Positions 13,662 to 26,449 of a DNA stretch of 64,000 nt are shown piece by piece (within the stretch, counting starts at the first letter, position 1; each line of letters opens with the position of its first letter). This DNA comes from Octopus sinensis. Lineage: Eukaryota. The stretch is taken from the NCBI RefSeq assembly GCF_006345805.1, contig NC_043003.1, positions 44,702,001 through 44,766,000 on the forward strand, in the 5' to 3' direction. The position numbers and the translations under genes are program-made. Below the pieces are notes generated by a model. That model was given only the letters and a program-made list of their open reading frames with translations. It did not search any database and was not told the DNA's origin.

Positions 13662-13941
13662 AATATATAAAATCACACAGCAGGTTTGCATAATGGAATT
13701 TATGCTAATATTAAGATCATAATGAAACAATGAGTTGTATTACAACATTATATAATAAACTGATTTAGCAAAAATTCTCTCTGTACTGAAATCTGAGACC
13801 TTGGAAGTTTGATAAGTGTATGACTCGAAAGCGGTGCTCCCAGTTTCTTATATAATGTTGTCATCAAAATCTTTGTTTCATTATGATCTTAATATTAAAG
13901 TAAGTTGTATTATACAAACTTCCTGTGCATTTTTACATATT
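13662..13941. repeat. Imperfect inverted repeat, ~100-bp arms, ~78-bp spacer
   Basis: 13662-13762 versus the reverse complement of 13841-13941. Includes exact taatattaagatcataatgaaacaa and acaacattatataa; roughly 80% identity by eye. Confidence 0.8.
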
Positions 13942-14291
13942 TTTCTTTTTTAAATATTTACAATCATGTGTAAACATGATCTGACACCTTTATGTTATAT
14001 TTGTGTGTGTATGTGTGTGTGTATGTGTATGAGTCTATGTATGTATATATATATATATACACATTATAAAATATATGATATAATAATAGTGATGATGATG
14101 ATGATAAAAGCCAAGTTAGCAAAATGATAATTGCAATAATATCAATAATATAAAAATAACAGCAGTATACACATACAGCCAGACAGACAAAGATACAAGT
14201 ACAAACATTATATAATATATATACAGAGGCTAGGTTCTTGTCTTTATGTCTGTGTATTTTGTATAGTCTGTAATTTTATTTCTGCTATTGT

Positions 14292-14510
14292 TAAGGCGGT
14301 GAAGTAGCAGAAACTCTAGCACCCCGGGCATATTGCTTAGCGGGTATTTCATCTGTTTTAATATATTCATTTCAGATTCTGTCGAGGTCGATTTTGCCTT
14401 TCATTCTTTCGGGGTCGACAAATTAAGTACATTTGCACACTGTGGTCGTTCTAATTGAGTGGACCCCTTCCCTCAAAATTTCGTGCCTTCTACCTAGAAT
14501 AGAAAAGAAA
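14292..14510 (+). mobile_element. SINE type A, diverged, short-tail variant
   Basis: aggcggtgaagtagcagaaac...gaggtcgattttgcctttcattctttcggggtcgacaaattaagtac. Confidence 0.8.
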
Positions 14511-14819
14511 CAAGAGACAAAAGGAAAAAAAGATTATTTCTGCTATTGTTGTTATCATATTCATCGTTATGATTTTTCTTAATTTATTTTCTGTCAAGCG
14601 CTGGGACATCATTGATATGGTGAAGGTATTGTACTACGAATGCCATTCGAAACTAAAACACTTAACCACAACCTGTCATCTACTTCAATTCATCTCCACG
14701 CTCTCCCTCAAATTCCAGCCCTTCCATGGATTTTGTATGAAAGCATATAACAATATTTATAGTCCTTCAATACTCTTCACTCACATATCTTTACTTCGTT
14801 CCCTTCGCTATGTATATAT

Positions 14820-15410
14820 AGAGAAAGATCCCGTTCTGACCTAGATCCAAGGTTCCTTCATTGGATTTTCCAGTGACGGATTGGATATGTTGTCTTCGAA
14901 TTAGCTTTCTCCTTTCTGGTTTTCAGAAGCCTAATTTCTCTAGATTGCTATTCATATATCCCAGGGCCTCAATCATTACATGTGTAAACCCGAATTTGTA
15001 ATTTGGATAGAATAACTGCAGCTACTGCACTGTACACAATTTCTCTTCTCTATCCCAAATCCTTATATCAGGTCTGTTGTGCTTTCATTCTATTGATTTC
15101 TTCACTAGGACATTCCAGCAGTACTTCTTTCTTTATTATGAGTGGCTATGGATTCTACCATACTGTGGGTTCTTTGTTTTCCAGATTATCCTTCCGATGG
15201 ATTTCATTAGATAGTGTATTTGCTACAACACCACATCTCATCGGCAGAGAAAACGGCGATGCCATTTTCGGATAACTGATCTTGATGTGGCTGATATATT
15301 CGGTGTTAACTCCACAAAGTCTTCATCGGATGTCACATTTTACTATCCCCTTTGTACATCAGGTATTTGGTTGATATATATTGCTCCTGGATTGCAAACG
15401 CATACCTTTC
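14820..15410 (-). mobile_element. Second copy of the RLE-type (R4/Dong-like) LINE 3' fragment
   Basis: The reverse complement aligns with 750-1610, e.g. gcacaacagacctgatataa.gatttgggatagag, ccagaaaggagaaagctaattcgaaga and ggatctagg. Confidence 0.75.
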
Positions 15411-15413
15411 AAT

Positions 15414-15457
15414 CAGTCTATCATGTACCAATACAGATATTGGTACATGATAGACTG
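15414..15457. repeat. Perfect 20-bp-stem hairpin with 4-nt loop
   Basis: cagtctatcatgtaccaata-caga-tattggtacatgatagactg. Confidence 0.95.
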
Positions 15458-15632
15458 TTTTCATGATACAGTCTATAATGGTGCAGTCTAACAACTGTGA
15501 TGTTGTTGGTAAAACATGTTCTTTGTCTATCTCCTTATGCGCTTGGAGATTTTGGGTAAAATTATACTAATGTATCCTTCTAATTTAATTAAATTTTATG
15601 TCTTTATGCAGTTGAAGATTGCTATATATATA

Positions 15633-15766
<134 letters not shown>

Positions 15767-16049
15767 TTCAGGGAATAAAATCCAAACTAACAAGGAAAAC
15801 TTCAATTTAGAAATACTTAATAAAATTTCCCAAAATATAATATATATATATATATATATATCAAATTAGAAAAACAAACCCACCTTTTATCAATTTAAAA
15901 TGAACAATTAAATTACACCATCTAGAAAATATTTTTATTTCAATTGTTTTAATTTCAATTTTTTTATTATATGTAATTTTGTAGATGGTGTAATTTAATA
16001 GTTCATTTTGAATTAATAAAAGGTGTTTTTTTTTTCTAATTTTATATAT

Positions 16050-16545
16050 ATAAGCTACTGGGAAAGGCTCAAGAGATTAAGACTCTATTCCTTAGAGCGT
16101 AGGCGAGAAAGATATGCCAAAATATACATCTGGAAGATCCTAGAAGGACTTGTCCCAAACTTTGGCATCGAGAGTTACACAAATGCTAGAACTGGGCGCC
16201 ACTGCATAGTGCCAAGGACTCCAAATTTGCCATCAAGATGTAGGACAAGATACTGTGATAGCCTGGGCTTCAGAGGACAACAGCTCTTCAATATCCTCCC
16301 GAAGAACCTGAGAGACCTGCATGGGGTGGAGGCAGATGTCTTTAAAATAAAACTGGATCTCTTTCAGTCAGGTGTCCCAGATGAACCAACTTCACGGCAG
16401 GGAGTGCAGATGAGGGCAGCTGCATCGAACTCTCTCATGCACCAATGGCAATTGCTAAAAACCATTCGTGAAGTAAAATTATATAGCAACACCAAATGGT
16501 GGTGCCCAGCATGGCCACAGCTCGTAAGCTGAAACTAGATAAAAT
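16050..16545 (+). mobile_element. 3' fragment of a CR1-group LINE related to 10205-11347
   Basis: SYWERLKRLRLYSLERRRERYAKIYIWKILEGLVPNFGI...DEPTSRQGVQMRAAASNSL aligns with the C-terminus of the 303-aa ORF. Confidence 0.9.
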
Positions 16546-16557
16546 AATTAAAAAAAT

Positions 16558-16593
<36 letters not shown>

Positions 16594-16633
16594 AGAAAAA
16601 GGTTTGAAAATGCAATTTAAACGATGTTTATTT

Positions 16634-16673
16634 ACTTAACCGGTTTCACTCTTTGGTAAAAGATTGTCAAAAG
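16634..16673 (-). ncRNA. Hammerhead-like motif (U3-A8 variant) next to (TA)n
   Basis: ACUU-UUGACAA-UCUUU(ACC)AAAGA-GU-GAAA-CCG-GUU-AAGU: helices I and II pair and helix III is palindromic ACCGGU, but there are 2 extra nt before GAAA. Confidence 0.5.
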
Positions 16674-16689
16674 TTACATTTAAGGAAAC

Positions 16690-16914
16690 ATTGAATAATA
16701 TGGGTTCAAAAAAAAGTTTTTTACATAATTGTCACATTGAGTATTATGCATTCAAAGAGGTTTTTACATAATTGTCACATTGAGTATTATGCATTCAAAA
16801 AGGTTTTTACATAATTGTCACATTGAGTATTATGCATTCAAAAAGGTTTTTACATAATTGTCACATTGGATATTATGAATTCAAAAATGTTTTTTTATAC
16901 ATAATTGTCACATT
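16690..16914. repeat. 43-bp minisatellite, about 4.5 copies
   Basis: acataattgtcacatt recurs at 16723, 16766, 16809, 16852 and 16899. Confidence 0.9.
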
Positions 16915-17334
16915 ACATGTATAGATATAGTGTTTGGTAACAGAGAAGTTCAATAGTGTGATGAGAATGTTTGGGAAAATTTGGCAGAAAAGGATAAACA
17001 AATATATTATTGGGAATTGGTTGCGTTAATTATTGGTTGTCGCAAATTGTCACATTACATGTATATATACAATCTTCGGTATATATATACAGCCTTTTGA
17101 CAGCAAAAATTAGAATGGCTTTTTTATACATCTCAGAATATTTTAAGTACAAGGCGAGAATATGTTTTTTACTGACCTGTTGGGATTAGCAGAAAGGCTG
17201 AACTGAGAGAACAGAGGAAGTAGCCAATGTGGTGTATACTTCCCCTTTATGCATGAATGATTTTGGGGTTATCAGGAGGTTAGTATGCGGGTGTGAATAG
17301 ATGTGTTCGTGCCCGCTGGTCAGATAGCGTCTGT

Positions 17335-18153
17335 TTGTCACACACATATATACACACACACACCACACACACAACAACACACACACACACACACCACATA
17401 GTAAACAAACCACACCACATACAAACAACACACAACACAGAACACACACACAACCCACACCAACGCACCCACATATATCACATATACACACAGCACACAA
17501 ATATAATATGTATCTATATATAACATACACAGATATATAACACACATACACACACAACACCACACACCACACACACACACAACACACACGCACACATACA
17601 TACATAATATAAATATCACACAAATACACCTAGCATATATATACACACATACAATATACACACAGCATGTAAGCAATATACATACACAATATATGCATGC
17701 AATATACATACGCAGTACATACATATAATATATATATATAGACAATGCATATACATATATACACATATACATATAAATAGTGTTTACATACACATACATA
17801 GATGTACCACATATACCCACAATACACATACATACAACGCATACACATACACGTACGCATACATATAATGTATATATACACACACACACATAACATACAT
17901 ACACAATGTATACATATATATACACGCAATGCACATACCTGTATTCACGCATATATAGCACACCTACAATATACATATATACACTGCACACATACACACA
18001 CATATATACACTTAATTGTACACATACATATACAATACACATACATACAATATACATATACACAATGCGCATGCAAATAATGTACATGTTTATACACACA
18101 TAAACAAGCAAATAAATATACACACACACACATACACACATACACATATATAT

Positions 18154-18197
<44 letters not shown>

Positions 18198-18656
18198 ATA
18201 CATACATACATGCACATCATATATTTTTTTTCACACACATACACATACATATAATATATATAAAAAATTCACCCCCCCACACACACACACAAATACAACT
18301 TATAGCGTACACACTCAAATATGTCTCTACATGCCGCACACACACACACACAAAGTACTAACATATACACACATACCATGCATATACACACACACACACA
18401 TACACACATATATTATATATAATATATATATTTAAAAACAAATACACATGTAAATATATACATACGTACATAATGCTCACACACACACACATACACACAC
18501 ACCCGTACACAGTGCACACACACACACATATATACACACGTGCACACACACATACACACAACGTGCGCGCACGCACACACATACACACACACGCACACAG
18601 TGCACACACACACACATATATATATATACACCCGCGCACACACACACACACAACGT

Positions 18657-18697
<41 letters not shown>

Positions 18698-18885
18698 ACA
18701 ACACTCACACACATACATCACCTACATATATATAATGCATGCGTGTGCATGCCACGTATGTGTGTGGTCAATGCCCGCTAGTGTGTCCTATGCGTGCCGA
18801 TGCGCGCATGTGTCCGCCCGCACGATATGCTGTGAGCGTGCGCGCGTCCCTGTGTGTTTGCTCTGGATGTGTTTCCAGGGGGTAT
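17335..18885. repeat. 1.5-kb CA/TA-rich cryptic simple-sequence tract
   Basis: Mosaic of CA, TA and CG dinucleotide runs; source of the many poly-CV/HT ORFs. Confidence 0.9.
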
Positions 18886-18886
18886 G

Positions 18887-19800
18887 TTAGAGTATGTTTA
18901 GTTGTGGTCTGTATTTTTGAATAAGATTACTTTCCTTATTTATTCGTGTTTGGTCTGTGGTGTTGTCCGAGCATTGGTATAGTGGGAAGACTAAGAATTT
19001 GGGGGACTTATTGTGTGCACAAAGGTCTAAGTGTCCACTTAGTGGTATCTGTCTTGTGGAGGGGTCCCTCAGTTGTTGTCGGTGAACTGTCATTCTGTCT
19101 CTGAGGGTAAGGCTCGTTTGCCCTATGTAATCTTCGTGGCATCCTTCACACCTTATGACGTAGAGTAAATTTTTGATGCGCACGTGAAATTATTTTTTAT
19201 GATGAATGTGTGTCCCGAGTGGAACTTGTACGATGATCCCTCAATGAGGTGGATGCAGGTCTTGCAGTTGGGGCGACCACATTTTATGATGGTGGGCGGT
19301 GGGTTTGTGTTGTGTAATTTTGCGTTGGTGAGGAGGTTTTTTAGGGATTTAGGTTGTCTCTTACTTTTTAATTTTTATGAGCTGCCAGTATTTTTTTCAG
19401 GCGTGGGTCTTGATTTAGTTGTGGAATGTTGTTGTATATAATAGTGTAAGCTTCTGCATTCCTTGGTTGTGTGTTGAGAGATAAGGGAGGCTATTGACTG
19501 TACTGTGGATGTGTTTGGGTTTTCGAAGGTCTTGAATGTTGATTGATTTGGCCCGTTCTATTCCGTTGTCTACTAGTGATGCCGGGTAATGTCTTTCGAG
19601 AAGAATTGCCCTTAGTTCCCGGAGTCTTCTATTTCGTGTTGTGTCATTTGAGACAATAGTGCAGATTCTTCTCGCTAGGTTGAAGGGGATATTTGTCTTT
19701 GTGTGTTTTGGGTGATTGGAGGTGAATAGAAGGTATTGTTTAGAGTCAGTGGGTTTGTAATGGATGTCAGTTTGTAATGGATGTCAATATTTTCCACATA
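18887..19800 (-). mobile_element. 5'-truncated Penelope-like element (RT thumb, Cys-rich linker, GIY-YIG), Neptune-like
   Basis: TDIHYKPTDSKQYLLFTSNHPKHTKTNIPFNLARRICTIVS, KCGRPNCKTC and LLYVIRCEGCHEDYIGQTSLTLRDRMTVHRQQ, with single-base frameshifts. 17-bp tandem duplication at 19753-19786 near the 5' junction. Confidence 0.9.
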
Positions 19801-19815
19801 GTGGCCATCCCTCTC

Positions 19816-19817
<2 letters not shown>

Positions 19818-19869
<52 letters not shown>
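19818..19869. repeat. (TA)n microsatellite at the PLE 5' junction
   Basis: Direct reading. Confidence 0.9.
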
Positions 19870-19874
<5 letters not shown>

Positions 19875-20794
19875 AGAGTGCAGACAGTTTCCTGGCTTTA
19901 AAGATATGGGGAAAGGCCTCTCTGGGGTCCCAACCTTTCGAGTTCTGTTATAGGGCTTGCAAAAATTGAAGAACCGCTGCAATAGGTGTGTGATTCTGTG
20001 AAGTAATGTGTGGAATAAAATCATTATTAACCTACCCTGATCTTTTTTCTTTTACCCAAACCCAGCAACTTTCGAGCACTCATCATATAAATAAGCGGTA
20101 ATTGTGATAATTGATAATTACATCTGCCACGGTAGGGATTAGCAAATTTGCACATAACCATACGTGGGGACACTCTAAAGTTTTCCATAGCCCGTGTCAT
20201 AAAATCATCTACTAACCTTCTGTAAAATAAAGGCCGCCCATGCGCGTAGAAATCAATATTCTTACAGACAAAACAATTTTATGATAGCACATATATAATT
20301 TCATTACTTGATAATGTCTTTACCTTGTAATTACATCACCTACCTATATATTGTCTTTGAGTTGATTTTTACACCGAATACTCCTGGAGAAAATTTAGTG
20401 TCGTACATGTTCTCTAGTGTAAAATATTATTTGTAAATCTTTAAAGATTATATATAGTCTCTATTCGAAGAGAAAATGTCTTATATTTAATTATGTAATT
20501 GATGTTAAAATTAGAGACATTCACAATACAGTTGTGAAATATATTTGTGTATGTATGCGGCTATGCACGTTTCGTTTATAGATATATTTAAGTAATTGTG
20601 TAAACATTCTTATCGATTTAGTGTTTTCATCATTAAACTTGGAAGTATAAAGTTTTAATGGAAGATATAAATGTTTACACGCGCATATATATATGTAGGT
20701 GTGTGTATGTGTGTATGTGTGTGTGTGTGCCTGTGTGTCTGTGTAAACGTGTGTTTATACACATAAACCAATATGTAAATATTCTACATATGTA

Positions 20795-21170
20795 TATCCA
20801 GGCCGTATTCCAGAAGTTTCCAGACATTTTCAGGAGAGATATTAATTAATTTCTGTCAGTACAAAACTCTAAGTTTCTTCTCTGTCAGACCCCGATTTAA
20901 ATGCATTTGTTGTAATGCTCCATCCAAAACGAGGAGGCCTCATAGAAGTCTTCGAAAAGAAAGAGGTCCAGGACCCAAATTATAGCCACTTTTATCTTTA
21001 AAGCGATTGCTTTTTAGATTATCCTTCAGCTTGAAAACCAACCAAATATCACACGGGGCAAGTTCTGAAATGTAGGGAGCGTGTGTACAGATTTGATGAT
21101 CATGGATTTTGCATATGTTCGAATCTTCCTGAATAATTCCGTGTAAAGTTATTACACTAAATACAATCCA
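20795..21170 (-). mobile_element. Mariner transposase C-terminal remnant
   Basis: HAPYISELAPCDIWLVFKLKDNLKSNRF matches the mariner HPPYSPDLAPCDFWLFPKLK motif (ORF 20940-21182). Confidence 0.75.
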
Positions 21171-23895
21171 ATGTCTATGCATATTGCCTTTATGTACAAG
21201 GGAAGTGCCTCAATCAGAAATTTTTCCCCAGCAATTCTGCTATTTTCGCGTCCACCCGCTTTCTCTCTCATTCATTTCAACGTCTATCACCTTTTCTCTA
21301 TCATCTTGAACGTACTGTTGCCGTATGCCTTTATGACGTACCTTTCTAGACAGTCTTCTTTTCTTTTAATTTTCTTTTGGGGGAAGGGGCGGGGTCGCAC
21401 AATAAACACAAACTTTAGTTTTTACGTGAAATCTGAATTTCATCTCCATGTGAACGTGACATGACAAGCGTCATTAAATTAGATTAATTTCATAAGAAAT
21501 TGCTGAAATTTTACATTTTTTTTCTTTACCTCAAGACATGTTCAATGCATTCGTTTTATAACCTAGATAAAAACTTATATATGTTTAGTTAAATGTAGAA
21601 TATTAATGTGCCTGTGTGTTGTAGCTAACTGATCACAACATGGCATCGAAGGTGGTAGCATATACTTTAAGCTTCTGGTGGTCACGTCCATAGAAAAAAT
21701 ATAAAAAATTTCAATAAAACTATATTCTGCGTATATGTATAAGCTACATTATGAGATGTAGGTGAACAATTTCTTTAGATGCGATGTTGCATTTCATAAA
21801 TGCAAATATAAAAATACTCAGAAATCCGTCACATTGTGGTGCCTGGAACTTCTGTTAGTGATTCCCTACTGTAATATTTATAAATATTGTGTATGTGTAT
21901 GTTTGTGTATGCATGTCTGTGTGTTTGTGTGTGTATATCTGTGTGTTTGTGTGTTCACTTGTATATGTTTTTTTTTTTTGCTCCAGTGTGCAAGTGTGTG
22001 TGTGTTATAACGTTCCCGTGTGCACATGCGACCGTTTAAATTTGCGCCCTTTTGCAAAGATTTCATGTTTTCATATCTGTACTTGTGTATTGGGCTATAA
22101 TGGGAAATTTCTGAAGTTATTCCCTCCATGCATTTTTCTGTGTAAATTAGCTTGTTTCTCCATCGCGTATCCATTCGTACGCATATTTTATGTATATGGC
22201 ATTTGGTGCTCAGTTAAATGTATAAGTGTAGGAATCTTAGAATATGCAAAACATGAATACGTCATATCCATTCTTATTCTAATTATATTCACATCATTAT
22301 GAGGTGATATAGACCATATCAAATACCTGGATATCATGTTGACGTTAAGATATTAAACCTTGCTATCTAGTTTTAGAAAATGAAAATGCATTTCCAATTA
22401 CGGCAGAGTTTGTTCTTTCGTACTGTAGATGTTATTCGGTATTGTACGATGTCATTACAGAAGCGGTACCTTAACCCTACACCAGCGATGAAAGATGTTC
22501 ACAGAGTTATAAAAAAAACCATAATCATTAATTGGCCAGAATTCTCAAAGAAGAGGGGCGCTTAATGGAAAGAACAGTGGAAAGAGACAATTTTTCTCAA
22601 CAAAAAATACAGAAAATGAGCGTATAGACATGTATGGAAATGTGAATCACTACACTTTGAAGAGGTAATTGAAAAAAACAAGCAAAACAAGAAACTAACT
22701 TAATCGGTGTTATGTAGCAATATAAAGAGACCAATTATGAAAGGTTAATAAGCCAAAAGAAAAACCATTTGAACCTCACATTATTTGAAAGCATATAGAG
22801 GGGAAACAAGCTATTCTCTGACCAGGACTGATACTCTACAAGTTTCACCGAGGAGGAAGTATATTCATATGAGCTTCAATGAATCAATAGCTCAAGAAAC
22901 AAAAGCACAAGCCTTCATCTGATTTCAGCGTTAAAGGATCAATGGCTAGAAAATAAAAATACAAAGTAAATAGTCAATGGGATGGTTAGCATCAATTATA
23001 GAATATTGAATGTGCATGAAAAAGCATTTCATCGCATAATTTCTTGGTGGAAATATATTGTGAAGTAATATTTCGCAAAGGACATCCGAGGAGACAGCTA
23101 TCAATTGATTTCTTTGTTACGCTGTATTGATTTCAATATATTTTGCCTTTTAGCAAAACCCACTCCATTTTATGATTTCCTATCTGAACCCCTCTATAAT
23201 TCATAAGGCTCTTTGTTTCCATGTAACTTTAGAATGCCGAGGAAGAAGAATTCAAAATCCATTATTTGAATCCCTACCGTTCTTGATTATATAAGCTGTC
23301 TCTACATGTCAGCAACAAGTGATAGCACAAATTGTTTGTTGACGTAAAATCAGCTCTATGAAGATACGATTTAAAGGAGATGAAGAGTGTGTTTCCCAAA
23401 TATAGTATAACAGAATTGAAATGATGCATAATGCAAAATATTGAGGCAATTTTATTAATGCTGGGATCTACTTATAAATCGGATTGTAATTATTCCGATG
23501 AAACCATTGCTATATCAACATATAACGCAAAGAAGCATGGTTTAGCAACACACTTTAATCAATGCTTTGCACTGTCAGTTTTAACAATAACAATTAATTT
23601 TCCCCAAGATGCAGTCTTATAAATAGTGCTTGAATTGTCATGCCACATTAGCTTCTTGTAAATTTAGCATTTTCCGCGAGAAATGCATGACATATCGTTA
23701 AATAATGCGTTAAGTGCATAGGACTTGGAAATCATTTTGTGAACATATGAGAATATTTTCTTCAATTCCCGATGAAATTAATAGCGAAGAGTTTCCATTG
23801 CATTATATGCCACTTCAGTCTCCAGTAGAAATTGCCAATTTCAGCGATGTCTAAAATATAAACTATAGTAAAAAATAAGTATTCAAACAGTAATA

Positions 23896-24070
23896 GCCGC
23901 AGGAGTGGCTGTGTGGTAAGTAGCTTGCTAACCAGCCACATGGTTCCGGCTCAGTCCTACTGCGTGGCATCTTGGACAAGTGTCTTCTGCTATAGCCCCG
24001 GGCCGACTAATGCCTTGTGAGTAGATTTGGTAGACGGAAACTGAAAGAAGCCTGTCGTATATATGTATAA

Positions 24071-24102
<32 letters not shown>

Positions 24103-24322
24103 TTGTGTGTCTGTGTTTGTCCCCCTAGCATTGCTTGACAGCCGATGCTGGTGTGTTTACGTCCCCGTCACTTAGCAGTTCGGCAAAAGAGACCGATATA
24201 ATAAGTACTGGGCTTACAAAGAATAAGTCCCGGGGTCGATTTTCTTGACTAAAGCCGGTGCTCCAGCATGGCCGCAGTCAAATGACTGAAACAAGTAAAA
24301 GAGTAAAAGAGTAAAGAGTAAA
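23896..24322 (+). mobile_element. tRNA-derived SINE, type B (ggcgcaggagtggctgtgtggtaag...), with internal TA/TG microsatellite and (gagtaaa)n tail
   Basis: A-box-like tggctgtgtgg, degenerate B-box, two further copies (40078, 44602), and a 3' tail shared with the CR1-group LINE. Confidence 0.9.
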
Positions 24323-24740
24323 CCGAAAAGTTCTGTCATGACACTCCTAAAACACATCCATTCGTTCAAACGGAATCTCGGGCTGGATTATTCGATCAGA
24401 AATATAGGTAAGTCTATGCGTTTAAAACAATACACTAACATCTTTATATGTATATAAAAACCCGCAACCAAACCTTGGAATATAAATATATTTTATTTAA
24501 TATTCTTCTTGAAAATTATACTCATCAGAGTTGCTGTTTCTTGGAAGATTAAATTAAATCAAGAATCTATGGAACAAGGGAACATCTGCATGCTATTCAA
24601 TTGTATATTCAATTTATATGGTAAAAGGAAATAAATGCAAGCACAAGAATTTGCACATAAATGTCAAACCATCTCGCTGTCTAAATTGAATAGAATTGAA
24701 TATATTATCGTCATCGGATTGCAAACATCCCATGCATACG

Positions 24741-24776
<36 letters not shown>

Positions 24777-24917
24777 GAGGGATATTTTCTGGAATGCCAT
24801 GCATACATACATACAGAATTATACATGAATACATAAATAATTACGTACACAAATACGAACATACATATATATGCACATATATGCATATATATGTATATGT
24901 ATATATGTGTATATAAT

Positions 24918-24960
<43 letters not shown>

Positions 24961-25214
24961 ACATGTGTGTGTGTATAAAAATATGGCACTAATGACTGCA
25001 CGAGGAAGATTATCACCTATTATAACTTCGCGTCGATAAATACCTTGTCGCCAGGACATTGTTTAATACGAAATCTATAGCAAGAAATGAAGCTGATGTA
25101 TGTGATTTGTACATAAGAAAAGAATACAGTGGAAATAAGAATTAATGCAATACAATACTCAACCGAGGCCCACACGCTAGCTCACTCGTTCATACAACAC
25201 GCACAAACACACAC

Positions 25215-25850
25215 ACAAACACTTGTTTAGCTACGAGTTGGGGCAAGCGACAACGGTTAGGCGGTAGGTGCTTACATATGCGACAATCACCTGTACCACA
25301 TCCGCTCTTCCTTTCAGGTATAGAGCACGTCCGGATCAAGTCCGAACTAGAGCTCCCACTATGTTTACCACCTCGTTCCAATTCTGCTCAGTTTGGAATT
25401 CCGTCCAAACCAAACTCCAAGCAACTTAACGGGACCATCTGTCCATTGACCCACGACTCTGGACGATAACGGCTTGCTCCTCGTGATGCTGAAGCGCTAT
25501 CCAATTGACTTGTCCTTGTTAACTTTTGCCCCTGCCACCGCCTCGTATCCTTTGATAGCATCCTCTACACAAGGTAGCTGAGCCTCGTTGGACACGATGA
25601 TGGTGACGTCATCCGCATAAGCTGAGACCGACGTACCGCATCCGATGTCATCGGGGGTGCCTCCCAAATTCTCCAACTTCCGCAGTAATGGTTCAAGAGC
25701 CAAAACGTACAGAAGCGGGACAGGGAACGCACTTGACGAGCTGAGCGCTTGATCGAAAACGGCTCCGACAGGTAGCCATTTATCTGAACGGTGGATTGGT
25801 TGCTGCTATATATTGCGGAGTTCCACCTATGGAAGCCCGGACAAGCCGCT
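25215..25850 (-). mobile_element. L1/Tx1-clade LINE RT fragment
   Basis: ALEPLLRKLE...VSAYADDVTIIV...YEAVAGAKVNKDKS, then WTDGPVKLLGVWFG and SGRALYLKGRADVVQV, across frameshifts. Confidence 0.85.
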
Positions 25851-26449
25851 TAGAGAATTAAATACATTTTGGAGCTGTGTAGAGTATTATGAGAGTGTTA
25901 ATGTTTCTCTGAGACAGAGAGCATAGAGTCTATTATCCTCAAGCCAGTATGTATCTCTATATGAGTATGCAAAATTATTTCAGATCAGATAGGCATGCGT
26001 TAGTTGTAATGTGTGATATTCTTTGGCCAGTGTGAACAAGATATAAATCTGTACGTGTGTGGATTGATCAAGAGTTTTATTCACAGAAATGCGCTCGGAG
26101 AAAGTGTGACAAATATTGACTCTTCGTGGACGAGCAGTATTTAAGACGAAGATAAACTATTGTTCCTGGCAAACACAGGAAAACAGAGGACTGTAGTATT
26201 CCATATTCCTCCAAACTGTCGTGTGCTTGAGAGTTTTGAGTGTAAAGTTTTCTGCAATGTGATGGATGTGTAGATTCAACTGAACAATCTTTATTGACCA
26301 CATGTTTTTTGCGTTAGACGTCCAACAGAATTTTCCGTAAAAGTATTTATCAATGTTGGTTTAGTTATCTCCATATAATGACGCCCTTACAAATTAGATT
26401 TTGTGCGGTAAGTTGCATTTGTAGAGATGCAGGTAATGTTTTATGATTT

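Noticed and set aside
16690-16914. Regular 43-bp repeats considered as a CRISPR-like array
   Set aside because: Units are contiguous with no unique spacers, and the context is eukaryotic; it is a minisatellite.
19920-19980. hAT-like terminus ...ttgaagaaccgctg
   Set aside because: No matching second TIR or 8-bp TSD found.
21378-21396. G-rich ggggaaggggcgggg as a G-quadruplex
   Set aside because: Only three G-tracts.
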